A stretch of 64,000 nt of DNA from an uncultured Spirochaetota bacterium (lineage in GTDB: Bacteria; Spirochaetota; B62-G9; CAZFGQ01): NCBI GenBank assembly GCA_964518675.1, contig CAZFGQ010000009.1, positions 1,903 to 65,902 of the forward strand, written 5' to 3'. A model generated the notes under the pieces. It was not told the DNA's origin. It saw only the letters and a list, made by a program, of their open reading frames with translations, and searched no databases. This document shows positions 9,359 to 19,441 of the stretch, in pieces. How positions within the stretch are numbered: position 1 is the stretch's first letter; the number at the start of each line of letters is the position of its first letter. A program made the translations under genes and the position numbers.

Positions 9359-10348
9359 TCAGTCTTTGTATAGAAAACAGGCTACCTGATGTTCTTTTTC
9401 TACTGGTTTAAGCTGGGGTTCTTCGATACTGCATATTTTCATCCTGTACTTGCATCTTGGATGAAATCGGCATCCTGGAGGTGGATTTATGGGATTTGGG
9501 ATCTCTCCCTCGGGGATTTCCTTCACCTTTCTGGCTTTGGGATCCGGAACTGGAACTGCAGAGAGAAGTGCCTTTGTATAAGGGTGTAGAGGATTTTTAT
9601 ATACTTCTTTTAGTGTTCCGATTTCTACTATTTTACCAAGATACATTATGGCAAATCTGTTACATATATATTTTGCAGTTGCAAGATCATGAGTAATAAA
9701 TAGATAGGTAAGATCAAACTCTTCTTTTAACTTCATCATAAGTTCAAGTAGAAGAACCCTTATAGAAACATCAGCCATGGCTATTGGTTCATCGGCTATA
9801 ATAAAATCTGGCTTAAGGATCAATGCCCTTGCTATTACAACTCTCTGTCTCTGACCACCAGAAAGCTGGTGTGGATATTTGGAAAATACCAGCTCGGGTG
9901 GAGTTAGCCCCACACTTTCCAGCATGTGAAGGGCCTGGTCTTTTCGGGAGATTTTGTCCCCAATTTTATGAATTTCAAGTGGTTGCGTCAACGCTTTTCC
10001 AATTTTCATTCTAGGATTTAATGAGGCGTAGGGATCCTGAAAGATAACCTGCATTTTTCGTCTGTAGGGTTTCATCTGATGAGGTTTGAGGTTTTCTATT
10101 TCATTTCCCTCAAAGATGATTTTGCCGGATGTGGGTTTCAGTATATTCAGTATAAGTTTTCCTGTGGTTGTTTTTCCGCTTCCACTTTCTCCAATTAGTC
10201 CGAAAATCTCATTTTTGTTTATGCTGAAGGTTATATCATCTACAGCTCTTACAAATTGTTTTGTCTTCGGATTGAACCTGGAGAGGAAATCTCTTTTAAC
10301 CTCAAAATACTTAACCAGGTTTTTCACCTCTACAATCAAAGACTCCAT
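9359..10348 (-). CDS. oppF: Oligopeptide/dipeptide ABC transporter ATP-binding protein (OppF/DppF type)
   Basis: Walker A GESGSGKTT, LSGGQRQRVVIA signature, and the C-terminal oligopeptide-transporter extension (PPPGCRFHPRC). Confidence 0.9.
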   Translation of the reverse strand: MESLIVEVKNLVKYFEVKRDFLSRFNPKTKQFVRAVDDITFSINKNEIFGLIGESGSGKTTTGKLILNILKPTSGKIIFEGNEIENLKPHQMKPYRRKMQVIFQDPYASLNPRMKIGKALTQPLEIHKIGDKISRKDQALHMLESVGLTPPELVFSKYPHQLSGGQRQRVVIARALILKPDFIIADEPIAMADVSIRVLLLELMMKLKEEFDLTYLFITHDLATAKYICNRFAIMYLGKIVEIGTLKEVYKNPLHPYTKALLSAVPVPDPKARKVKEIPEGEIPNPINPPPGCRFHPRCKYRMKICSIEEPQLKPVEKEHQVACFLYKD

Positions 10349-10364
10349 AAGTATCGATCCGTGA

Positions 10365-11393
10365 TTATTTACTGTTTATTACTTTCCCTGCACGAGAAAT
10401 ATGTGATTTTTCGTATAAAAAACACCTGACCAGTCTTCCTTTCATCCCGGGTATTTCAATCATGGGAGGCGAACTTTCCACGCATCTGTCAAATGCTTCT
10501 TTACATCTCGGTGAGAATCTACACCCCGGTGGTGGATTGGTTAGATCAGGTGGAAATCCTTCCATCAGTTCTAATTTTTCTTCTTCGAGAAGGTGTATAT
10601 TTGGAATACTATGGAGCAGACCTCTTGTGTATGGATGAAGGGGTTCTGAGAACACATCTTCTGCATTTCCAATTTCCATGATTTTGCCGCCATACATTAC
10701 CACTATCCGATCAGATATCTCAGCCACAATCCCCATATTGTGGGTAATCAGGATCAATGTTAGCCCGAACTCTTCTTTAAGGGTTTTCAGAAGCTGTAAG
10801 AACTGCGCCTCTACAATTACATCAAGGGATGTAGTAGGTTCATCTGCTATTATTATCTCTGCGTTCAGTGCAAGTCCAATACCGATCATTACCCTCTGTC
10901 TCATTCCACCTGATAGCTGGTGTGGATAATCTGTAATCCTGTTCTCAGAGATTCCGAGCTTTTTTAGCAGGTTCTTTGCCCTTTCAAGGGCTTGATGCTT
11001 TTTTGTATCTCTTTCATGGACCTTTATTGTTTCAAGGATATGTTTATCCACCCTTAATAAGGGATTAAGAGAAGTCATAGGGTCCTGGAATATCATTGAG
11101 ATTTTTTTGCCTCTTATTTTTCTGAGTTCTGATCTGGATTTTTTCAGTATATCTTCCCCATGAAAGAGTATTTCTCCAGATATTATTTTCCCCGGTGAAG
11201 GAACCGCATTCAGGATTGAGAATCCCAGGGTACTTTTGCCGCAACCAGATTCACCCACAATACCAATGGTTTCTCCTCTGTATATGTCAAGATTTATATC
11301 CTCCAGTGCTTTAAGTTCGCCCTGTGCAAGAGGGAAAACCACATTCAGGTTTCTGATACTGAGTATTATCTCATTTGAGTTTTTTGATTTCAT
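10365..11393 (-). CDS. oppD: Oligopeptide/dipeptide ABC transporter ATP-binding protein (OppD/DppD type)
   Basis: Walker A GESGCGKST, LSGGMRQRVMIG signature, and the C-terminal PPPGCRFSPRC motif. Confidence 0.9.
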   Translation of the reverse strand: MKSKNSNEIILSIRNLNVVFPLAQGELKALEDINLDIYRGETIGIVGESGCGKSTLGFSILNAVPSPGKIISGEILFHGEDILKKSRSELRKIRGKKISMIFQDPMTSLNPLLRVDKHILETIKVHERDTKKHQALERAKNLLKKLGISENRITDYPHQLSGGMRQRVMIGIGLALNAEIIIADEPTTSLDVIVEAQFLQLLKTLKEEFGLTLILITHNMGIVAEISDRIVVMYGGKIMEIGNAEDVFSEPLHPYTRGLLHSIPNIHLLEEEKLELMEGFPPDLTNPPPGCRFSPRCKEAFDRCVESSPPMIEIPGMKGRLVRCFLYEKSHISRAGKVINSK

Positions 11394-11442
11394 ACGCTTT
11401 AATTCTCTGATTGTTTTTATTCAGGATTTATTATTTCGAATC

Positions 11443-12339
11443 TTATCCTTCCCTTAATCTTGGATTCAGTATCTCGTTTAGCCCCTCACCGAGAAGTGTG
11501 AAACCCAGAGCAACAAAACTTATCATTAAACCGGGATATGTGACAATCCACCAGTAACCTCTTGGCAGAAAAACCTTCCCCTTGCTCAGGTCTAGTCCCC
11601 AGTCTGGTGTTGGTGGAGCAATCCCAAGTCCTAGAAAGCTCAATCCTGCTTCGGTAAGTATGGCATCAGCAATATTGAGAGAAAATATCACCGCCACAGA
11701 AGCAATCACATTGGGGAATATGTATCTTGTTATAATGGTTGCATTTGAGGCCCCCAGTGTTTTAGCTGCTTCTACATATAGTTCCTCCTTCACTGATAAG
11801 ACATGGCTTCTCACCATTCTAAAATATGTTGGCACGTATATCACTGCAATGGCTATTGAGATATTGAGGATTCCGGGTCCGAGCATGGCTGCCATTGCAA
11901 TTGCCAGAATCAGCCCAGGGAATGAATATATACTATCCATTATAAGGCTGAGAACTCTGTCAAATTTACCGCCAAAATATCCTGAGATAAGCCCCAGTGG
12001 AATTCCGACGCCGGCAGAGAAAAGGGTTGCGGAAATGGAGATTGACATTACTATTTTTGCTCCATGAATTATTCGTGAAAGAATATCTCTCCCAAGGTTA
12101 TCGGTTCCGAGGATGAATCCCTGTTCTCCGGGTTTAAGAAATGGATCTCCAACAAAATCAAGAGGATCGTAAGGAGCGATTTTATCGGCAAATACTATGA
12201 GAATCAGTACAGATATTATTATCAGTCCACCAAATACAGTAAGATACCACTCCAGCCCATGAATCTTCGCACCTCTTGAGATTTTTTTGAAGGTTTTTTT
12301 AAATAATTCTATTCCTCTTTCAGAGGCAAACTTTGGCAT
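11443..12339 (-). CDS. oppC: ABC peptide transporter permease (OppC/DppC type)
   Basis: BPD_transp_1 permease with an EAA-like loop (EAAKTLGASNATII). Position in the operon fits. Confidence 0.9.
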   Translation of the reverse strand: MPKFASERGIELFKKTFKKISRGAKIHGLEWYLTVFGGLIIISVLILIVFADKIAPYDPLDFVGDPFLKPGEQGFILGTDNLGRDILSRIIHGAKIVMSISISATLFSAGVGIPLGLISGYFGGKFDRVLSLIMDSIYSFPGLILAIAMAAMLGPGILNISIAIAVIYVPTYFRMVRSHVLSVKEELYVEAAKTLGASNATIITRYIFPNVIASVAVIFSLNIADAILTEAGLSFLGLGIAPPTPDWGLDLSKGKVFLPRGYWWIVTYPGLMISFVALGFTLLGEGLNEILNPRLREG

Positions 12340-12347
12340 TTTTTTCC

Positions 12348-13388
12348 TCAGTATCTGATTCTTGGGTCTATTATTGAATAGGTTATGTCCACCAGCAAAC
12401 TTATTGCAGAAACGAGAAGAGCGAAAAGTATTACTCCTCCCTGAACTGCGTTAAAATCCCGGTAAAGGATACGTTCTACAAGGTATCTTCCCATTCCAGG
12501 CCATGAAAATGTCGTTTCAGTTAAAACCGCCCCTGCAAGTAAGATTGCAAACTCAAGGCCCATCATTGTGAGGATGGGTATGAAAGCATTTTTCAGGGCA
12601 TGTTTGTATACAACTTTTCTTTCGGGTATACCTCTTACCCTGGCCGCAATTACAAAGTCCTGTTTCAATGTATGGATCATATTTGCCCTTGTAAGCCTTA
12701 CAAATATTCCAGAAAGTGATAATCCAAGGGTTATTGATGGAAGAGCTATATGTTTTAAAGAGCTTTTAAACGCTTCCCAGTTCAGTGTCAGAATTGAATC
12801 GAGTAGGAATAGTCCTGTTATCTTATGGAGTTCAATCCCCGCCTCTATTCTGCCAGATACGGGAAAGATACCCAGGAAAACCCCAAAGAGGAGCTGTAAC
12901 ATCAACCCCAGCCAGAAAATAGGTATAGAATATATTATTATTCCGTATAGTCTGAAGCCATAGTCCAGCACAGATTTTTGCTTATATGCTGCGATGGTCC
13001 CTCCAAAAATACCTATTAGCATTGTGATTATTATGGAACACAATGTTAATTCGAAGGTTGCCGGAAAATGTTCTTTGATTTCCTGAGCTACAGGTCTTTT
13101 GCTCCAGATCATCGATCGTCCCAGATCGAACTTTATCAGGTTTTCTAGGTAGTGAAAGTACTGACTATCAAAAGGATTTCCATGGGTATTTATAAAAATT
13201 GGTTTGTCGAGGCCAAGTGTTTTACGTACAGCTTCGATCTGGTCTGCTGGAGCATGAGCTCCAAGGATGGATTTTGCAGGGTCTCCTGGCATGACTCTCA
13301 GAATAAAGAACACAACCGTGAGGAGGATGAGCAACATCGGTATTGTTAATAGTATTCTGGTAATAATGTAGGAGAGTATTGATTTCAT
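12348..13388 (-). CDS. oppB: ABC peptide transporter permease (OppB/DppB type)
   Basis: Typical OppB N-terminus (ILRVMPGDP) and a 6-TM permease. Confidence 0.9.
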   Translation of the reverse strand: MKSILSYIITRILLTIPMLLILLTVVFFILRVMPGDPAKSILGAHAPADQIEAVRKTLGLDKPIFINTHGNPFDSQYFHYLENLIKFDLGRSMIWSKRPVAQEIKEHFPATFELTLCSIIITMLIGIFGGTIAAYKQKSVLDYGFRLYGIIIYSIPIFWLGLMLQLLFGVFLGIFPVSGRIEAGIELHKITGLFLLDSILTLNWEAFKSSLKHIALPSITLGLSLSGIFVRLTRANMIHTLKQDFVIAARVRGIPERKVVYKHALKNAFIPILTMMGLEFAILLAGAVLTETTFSWPGMGRYLVERILYRDFNAVQGGVILFALLVSAISLLVDITYSIIDPRIRY

Positions 13389-13481
13389 CCATCATCCACT
13401 AGAACTTGTTGTTTCACCACATTATATTAAAATGAAATTTAATAAATGTCGAGCATTTCATTGATAAAACGAAAATGATTT

Positions 13482-13516
13482 AAAAATGCCCCTTCGTGTT
13501 TTAAACGAAGGGGCTT
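13482..13516 (-). terminator. Intercistronic hairpin with a U-tract between oppA and oppB (partial terminator/attenuator)
   Basis: Minus-strand reading: GCCCCTTCG-TTTAAAACA-CGAAGGGGC followed by ATTTTTAAA. Placement after the binding-protein gene is typical of opp operons. Confidence 0.45.
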
Positions 13517-13539
13517 GTTTTAGTTTTACATTCAGATAA

Positions 13540-15159
13540 TTATCGTCTGTAAACTGTATGGTAGTTGAAGATCATTGTTGGACCTACTTTTACGCCCTCT
13601 ATATTTGGTTTCATTATGAGGTAAAGCTTTCCCTGGAATAGCGGTACGGTGGGGCATACCTCTGTCCAGTACTTCTGAATTTCTATGTAATACTTTTCTC
13701 TTTCTTCTCTGGTAAGAGCCCGTGCTGCCTTTTCGAGAAGCTCATCCATTTTTGGATCACTGAGAAAAATGCCCATACCGGATGAAGCGGCACCTGAATG
13801 GGCAAACGGCGAGGTGTAATTATCCGGATCAATGTAATCAGGATACCAGCCGAGAAGGAATAGGAGCATATTATGTCTGTCAAAGTTATCAACATAAGAA
13901 GCCCATTCTGCACTCTGAAGAGTAACCTTAATAACTCCAGTTTTTTCCATCGATGCCTTTAGAACCGTGGCAACATCCTGCTCTGTATCGCCGTAGTGAG
14001 TTGGCGTCCACCAGAGTGGAACCTCGAGTGGGTTCTGTTCGTTATAGCCTGCTTTAGCTAGAAGTTCTTTTGCTTTTTCGGGATTGTATTTTTCGAAGGC
14101 ATCTATGTGACTCCACATCCCCATTGGAACCATACTGTAGAGAGGTGTGACCTGACCGAAAAATACCATTTTGGCAATGGCTTCTCTATCGAGAGCGTAA
14201 GAAATTGCCTGCCTTACGATTTTATTATCCACGGGTGGGGTATCGGTGACAAAGCAGAGATATCTAATATAAGCTCCATTTGCCTCAACCGTCTTCAGGT
14301 CTGATCTTGTGCTGAGATCCTGAATATCTGCGGGATTGAGGGTTTTCCATGCTATGTCAATTTCTCCATTCTCAAGGGCAAGCCTCATATTTGTTGCATC
14401 TGCAAAATACTTGATTATTACCTTTTTTTCTTTTGGCTGTTCCCCATAAAAATCCGGATTGGCCTCCAGAACTATCTCAACGTCTCTTGTAAGGCTCTTT
14501 ACCTTGTAAGGACCAATGGATGGGATTGTTTCAGGTTCTGAAACTATCTTGTCCATTGGATAGACCTTTGGGCTTACTGGAAAGTATGGAACACTTGCTA
14601 CGAGGGCAGGAAAGTAACCAATTGGATTCTTAAGTATAAACTTTACGGTATAATCGTCTACAACTTGAACTTCTTTTACAAAATCAATTACAAGCCATGA
14701 TGGGTCGCCCTGGAGTTTGATAACCCTGTCAATGGAGTGCTTTACAACGGATGCATTGAATGGGGTTCCATCTGAAAACTTGAGTCCTTTTCTTAATTTA
14801 AAGGTGTATTCTAGTCCGTTGTTGCTGACAGTGGGCCACTCCTCGGCGAGCCCTGGAACAAGTTCGGTAGTACCAGGTTTGTAGGTTAATAGACCTCGTG
14901 ATATGTTCTGAAAGATCTCCCAGGTATGGAAATCGTAAGCTTCAGCAGGGTCTATATCGCCGGAGAGTTTGTCGGTTGTCCCAATGACAAGAGGTTTAAC
15001 TTCAGCCGGTTTTGGTGCTTCAGCAGCTTTCTTTTCTGCAGGAGCTGCTTTCTTTTCAGGGGCTGGTGCTTCTTTTTTTCCTCCCCCTGCAAATAGCGGG
15101 ACAGTGCATATCATGAGGAGTAGGATCATGAATAGTATAAAAACTTTTTTCTGAAACAT
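13540..15159 (-). CDS. oppA: Peptide ABC transporter substrate-binding protein (family 5, OppA/DppA-like) with signal peptide and a Lys/Ala/Pro-rich linker
   Basis: SBP_bac_5 architecture. N-terminal hydrophobic leader followed by GGGKKEAPAPEKKAAPAEKKAAEAPKPAEVKP. Confidence 0.9.
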   Translation of the reverse strand: MFQKKVFILFMILLLMICTVPLFAGGGKKEAPAPEKKAAPAEKKAAEAPKPAEVKPLVIGTTDKLSGDIDPAEAYDFHTWEIFQNISRGLLTYKPGTTELVPGLAEEWPTVSNNGLEYTFKLRKGLKFSDGTPFNASVVKHSIDRVIKLQGDPSWLVIDFVKEVQVVDDYTVKFILKNPIGYFPALVASVPYFPVSPKVYPMDKIVSEPETIPSIGPYKVKSLTRDVEIVLEANPDFYGEQPKEKKVIIKYFADATNMRLALENGEIDIAWKTLNPADIQDLSTRSDLKTVEANGAYIRYLCFVTDTPPVDNKIVRQAISYALDREAIAKMVFFGQVTPLYSMVPMGMWSHIDAFEKYNPEKAKELLAKAGYNEQNPLEVPLWWTPTHYGDTEQDVATVLKASMEKTGVIKVTLQSAEWASYVDNFDRHNMLLFLLGWYPDYIDPDNYTSPFAHSGAASSGMGIFLSDPKMDELLEKAARALTREEREKYYIEIQKYWTEVCPTVPLFQGKLYLIMKPNIEGVKVGPTMIFNYHTVYRR

Positions 15160-15321
15160 TTTAATACCTCCTTATGTTACAAATTTTGATATATTGTACA
15201 TATTTCTGAATATTTTGCAATAAAAATATTCATCTGATTGCAGTTCTCGCTTTAACAACATGGGATTATATTAAATGAATGGTTTTTGTGTTTTCTTGAT
15301 TTCACACGCGGAATATGTGGT

Positions 15322-17163
15322 ATGAGATTTTACAGTTCAGATAAAACCTCGACAGAATTAAAGAATGGAGTAAAAAATAGAAAAGAAGCTCTAAAATTTA
15401 TTCTCTCTTTTATCAAAGGACATTGGAGATCAGTGCTTGCCGGAGTAATTACCCTGGTAGTTGTTGATATTATCCAGTTGTATATACCCAGGATAATTCA
15501 ACGTGTTATTGATGAACTTGGCAAAGCAAGTTTTTCACGGGAAATTATTGGTCAGGGAACACTTTCTATTCTTTTACTTGCAATTGCGATGGTAGTACTT
15601 CGTTTTTTCTGGCGGATATTTATAGTTGGTTCAGCAAGGAAGATTGAAAAAGAAGTGAGAGAAGAAATGTTCTCCCACATTCAGGGACTGGGATTTTCCT
15701 TTTTTAATAGGAAGAAGACAGGTAGCCTGATGGCCCTGATGATAAATGATGTGAATGCCATCCGAATGGTTGCAGGACCTTCAATAATTGCACTGACGGA
15801 TGCTGTTTTTATGGGTTCCCTTTCTCTTTTCTTTATATTCAGTATTAATTCAAAACTGGCTTTTTATACAATAGCACCTCTTCCTGTAATTTTATTTTTA
15901 ATGTTCCGTTTTGGGCCTATGGTCCAGTCACGGTTTAAAGCTGTTCAGGCCAGTTTTGCTGCCATGAGTGCCCAGGCCCAGGAATGTTTTTCGGGAATAA
16001 GAGTTGTGAAAGGATTCGTTCAGGAAGATAACGAGATAAGAATGTTTAAAGAGAAGTGTGATGATTATGTGGAGAGAAATATCCGGCTCATCAAAATATG
16101 GGGTGTATTCTTTCCCGCAATAACGCTTCTTGCCAGTCTTTCACTCGCTGTTCTTTATATTGTTGGTGGCAGGAGCGTAATATCGACTGAAATCAGCTTC
16201 GGGCAATTTGTGTCATTTTCCATGTATCTCCAGCTTCTTGTCTGGCCAGTTATAGCAACAGGATGGGTCTTTGTTCTAATCCAGAGGGGGCTTGCCTCGG
16301 CAGATAGGATTCTTGAAGTACTGAATGAGAAACCGGATATCTCAGACACATCAATAACCGATTTCTCCATAAAAAGTATCAAGGGAACGATTGAGCTTAG
16401 AGACCTGAGCTTCCGATATCCTGGAGATAAACTTGAGGTTCTCAAAGATATAAATCTGAAAGTAGATGCGGGAAAATCACTCGGGATTGTTGGGAGACCG
16501 GGGAGTGGAAAGTCAACTATTGGAGGTATAATTCTTCATCTATTTCCCATAGAAAGGGGTAAGGTATTTATTGATGGCAGAGGCATTAACGAGGTCCCGA
16601 TTAAACTCCTAAGAAGATCTATAGGATATGTTTCTCAGAATCCTTTCCTTTTTTCAGATACTATAAGGAATAATTTGATTTTTGGGCTCGATAGGGAACC
16701 GGATGAGAATAAAATCTACTGGATACTTGACCTTGTGAATCTTACCGCAGAAATAGAGGGATTTCCCAATGGGCTTGATACAGTGATCGGTGAGAGGGGT
16801 ATAACATTATCCGGGGGCCAAAAACAGAGAATTGCAATTGCAAGGGCCCTCCTGATAAATCCCCCGATCCTTATATTTGATGACGCATTTTCTAATGTGG
16901 ATTCATCAACAGAGCGGAGGGTTTTGAATGCAATTTTTAGAGAAATTGTTGGTGATAAAACTGTTTTATTTATCTCTCATAAACTCTCAGTGGTAAGGAA
17001 ATGCGATAGAATAATTGTTCTGGAAGATGGAAGGATAATCCAGGAAGGCAATCATGATCAGCTTATAGGGGAGCCAGGGTATTACAGGACAGTTTATGAG
17101 TTCCAAAGCCTTGAGGAAAATATTGATGATAATGGTGAAATCAATAGAGAAGTTGCGGGGTAA
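15322..17163 (+). CDS. ABC exporter, fused permease/ATPase (ABCB/MdlA-like), first subunit of a probable heterodimer
   Basis: 6-TM domain followed by an NBD with Walker A GRPGSGKST, signature LSGGQKQRIAIARA and Walker B ILIFDDAFS. The track ORF starts at an upstream TTG (15286); ATG 15322 is the more plausible start. Confidence 0.85.
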   Translation: MRFYSSDKTSTELKNGVKNRKEALKFILSFIKGHWRSVLAGVITLVVVDIIQLYIPRIIQRVIDELGKASFSREIIGQGTLSILLLAIAMVVLRFFWRIFIVGSARKIEKEVREEMFSHIQGLGFSFFNRKKTGSLMALMINDVNAIRMVAGPSIIALTDAVFMGSLSLFFIFSINSKLAFYTIAPLPVILFLMFRFGPMVQSRFKAVQASFAAMSAQAQECFSGIRVVKGFVQEDNEIRMFKEKCDDYVERNIRLIKIWGVFFPAITLLASLSLAVLYIVGGRSVISTEISFGQFVSFSMYLQLLVWPVIATGWVFVLIQRGLASADRILEVLNEKPDISDTSITDFSIKSIKGTIELRDLSFRYPGDKLEVLKDINLKVDAGKSLGIVGRPGSGKSTIGGIILHLFPIERGKVFIDGRGINEVPIKLLRRSIGYVSQNPFLFSDTIRNNLIFGLDREPDENKIYWILDLVNLTAEIEGFPNGLDTVIGERGITLSGGQKQRIAIARALLINPPILIFDDAFSNVDSSTERRVLNAIFREIVGDKTVLFISHKLSVVRKCDRIIVLEDGRIIQEGNHDQLIGEPGYYRTVYEFQSLEENIDDNGEINREVAG

Positions 17164-17166
17164 GAG

Positions 17167-19362
17167 ATGATAAACGATTTAAATAATGAAGATTACGAGG
17201 AGAGAAAACTCGGAAACAGAGAAGTGATCAAGCTCATACTGGGTTACATTTTAAGATACAAAAAGTTCCTTGTGATAGCAGTATTTCTCGTATTTGTCAT
17301 TACAGGTGCAAGTCTTTCAGTTCCCTATATTCTTAAGCAGATAGTTGATAGATATGTAATGAAAGAGGGAGTTATTGGCAAGATTTCCAATCTCAATGTT
17401 CTTGATGATAGGGTCTACAGAAAGATAATCAAAAAATCAGTTAAATTGAATGGAGATGAGTTATTTATCTTCAAATCAAATCTACGGCTATTTTCAAAAA
17501 AAGAAATTAGAAGTCTCCAGCAGAATGGATCAATAAGCCTTGAGAGGTTTATTCTGATTGAACCTGGGATCAGGGATAAATCTGAGATTATAAAGCTAAA
17601 CAGGTATGTTGAAGATGGGTTTATTATAAAGTATTCGGACAATCTTTTTTTGATTCCCATTGAAAAAACCTCAATCTTTACGGTTGGAGAGATGATTCGA
17701 CTAAGAAAAATGGACATATATAATATTACAGTAAGGGGATTTGAAATTATACTTATACTTCTTATTCAATTCATAGCCTCGTATTTTCAGATAATGTATC
17801 TGATGAAATTGAGCCAGTATGCGATGAGGGATTTGAGGATAGATCTTTTTGCCCATCTTATCTCACTCAGGGTATCATTCTTTGATAAAAATCCTGTGGG
17901 AAGGCTTGTGAGCAGGGTTGCAAATGATATTGAGACATTGAATGAGTTTTTCTCCAATGTTTTGGTGACTCTATTCCAGGATCTTTTATTGATGGTGGGT
18001 ATTACTGTTGTAATGGCTTTAACTGATCTAAGGCTCTTTTCGATGGTTGCAATGGTTTATCCTGCCGTTGTGGTTGTTACTGTGCTTTTCAGGATAAAAG
18101 TTAGAGATGCGTATCGAAGGATAAGAACGAGGATAGCAGAACTCAACAGCTTTCTCAGTGAGGCAATATCAGGGATCAGGTTGATCCAGGTCTTTGTAAG
18201 GGAGGATGCACAGTTTAAAAAATTTAAAGTAAAGAATAATGAGGTGTATAGAGCCCAGCTGAAACAGCTATATATCTATGCAATATTCAGGCCTTTTATT
18301 GGTTTTCTGAGATGGGTTTCAATAGCCATTATCCTTTATTTTGGTGCCAGAGGAATAGTACAGAATACAGTTTCATTTGGACTTCTCATAATGTTTATAG
18401 CTTATGTTGAGAGGTTTTTTGAACCTGTGAGAGACCTTTCCGAGAAGTTCGATATTATGCAAAATGCATGGGCATCTGGCGAGAAGATTCTGTTGATTTT
18501 AAAAAATAGAGATATTGAACCAGATGGCGATAAAATCGAGGGCAGGCCAGACAAGTTTACCGGAGAGGGTAGGTTAAATTTTGAAAAAAGGGTACTATTT
18601 GAGGATAAGAGACCTCCTGAAAGTTTTAGAAGATTTAATGGGCATGTTGTGTTTGATGATGTCTGGTTTTCCTATGATTCAGAGCAATGGGTTCTAAAGG
18701 GAATATCCTTTGAGATAAAGCCGAGAGAAACTATTGCAATTGTTGGCCCGACAGGTGCCGGTAAAACCACATTGATAAATGTTCTCACCAGGTTTTATGA
18801 TATTCAGAGGGGAAGAATTCTAATTGATGGTAGAAATATCTATCAGATTCCTCTGAAAGAATTAAGGCGGAATATTGCAATCGTGATGCAGGATGTGTTT
18901 TTATTTGCACGTTCCATAAGGGATAATATTAAACTTGGATTAGAGTTTGATAGCAATTGGTTCGAGGAGGTAATCAGAGCCTCGAAGATCGCTTCATTTA
19001 TTAACAGGTTTGAGAATCGGGAGAATGAAATGGTGATGGAACGTGGGGCCACGTTTTCTGCAGGGGAAAATCAACTTTTGAGTTTTGCAAGAGCTCTTTA
19101 CTATAATCCTTCTATACTGATACTCGATGAGGCTACATCCAGCATAGATTCTGAAACAGAAAAGTTAATAGAAAAAGCAACAGAAGAGTTAATAGCGAAC
19201 AGGTCATCTATAATAATTGCTCACAGGCTCTCAACCGTTCAGAGGGCTGATAAGATAATAGTTCTGGAAGATGGAAAGATAGTTGAAGAAGGGACACATA
19301 ATACTCTCTTAAAAAAGAGGGGAATTTATCATAAACTTTATACGCTACAATTCAGGTATTGA
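17167..19362 (+). CDS. ABC exporter, fused permease/ATPase, second subunit; ~130-aa insertion between TM1 and TM2 and a degenerate signature motif (FSAGENQ)
   Basis: Walker A GPTGAGKTT, Walker B ILILDEATS, non-canonical signature FSAGENQLLSFARA. Large hydrophilic insert after TM1 (aa ~57-190). Confidence 0.85.
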   Translation: MINDLNNEDYEERKLGNREVIKLILGYILRYKKFLVIAVFLVFVITGASLSVPYILKQIVDRYVMKEGVIGKISNLNVLDDRVYRKIIKKSVKLNGDELFIFKSNLRLFSKKEIRSLQQNGSISLERFILIEPGIRDKSEIIKLNRYVEDGFIIKYSDNLFLIPIEKTSIFTVGEMIRLRKMDIYNITVRGFEIILILLIQFIASYFQIMYLMKLSQYAMRDLRIDLFAHLISLRVSFFDKNPVGRLVSRVANDIETLNEFFSNVLVTLFQDLLLMVGITVVMALTDLRLFSMVAMVYPAVVVVTVLFRIKVRDAYRRIRTRIAELNSFLSEAISGIRLIQVFVREDAQFKKFKVKNNEVYRAQLKQLYIYAIFRPFIGFLRWVSIAIILYFGARGIVQNTVSFGLLIMFIAYVERFFEPVRDLSEKFDIMQNAWASGEKILLILKNRDIEPDGDKIEGRPDKFTGEGRLNFEKRVLFEDKRPPESFRRFNGHVVFDDVWFSYDSEQWVLKGISFEIKPRETIAIVGPTGAGKTTLINVLTRFYDIQRGRILIDGRNIYQIPLKELRRNIAIVMQDVFLFARSIRDNIKLGLEFDSNWFEEVIRASKIASFINRFENRENEMVMERGATFSAGENQLLSFARALYYNPSILILDEATSSIDSETEKLIEKATEELIANRSSIIIAHRLSTVQRADKIIVLEDGKIVEEGTHNTLLKKRGIYHKLYTLQFRY

Positions 19363-19441
19363 TTGGTTTAATAGTGTATTGCAATGAGGGTACTGTAAGT
19401 GGTTTTTTTAATTAAAATCTTGAGTTTTTTGGGGAATCGAT

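Noticed and set aside
9389-13349. Multiple plus-strand ORFs (60-160 aa) across the opp operon
   Set aside because: All are antisense to well-supported minus-strand transporter genes and lack start-site support
14969-15154. 61-aa plus-strand ORF
   Set aside because: Antisense to the Lys/Ala/Pro-repeat linker of oppA; a repeat-driven artefact (Ala/Gly/Ser-rich)
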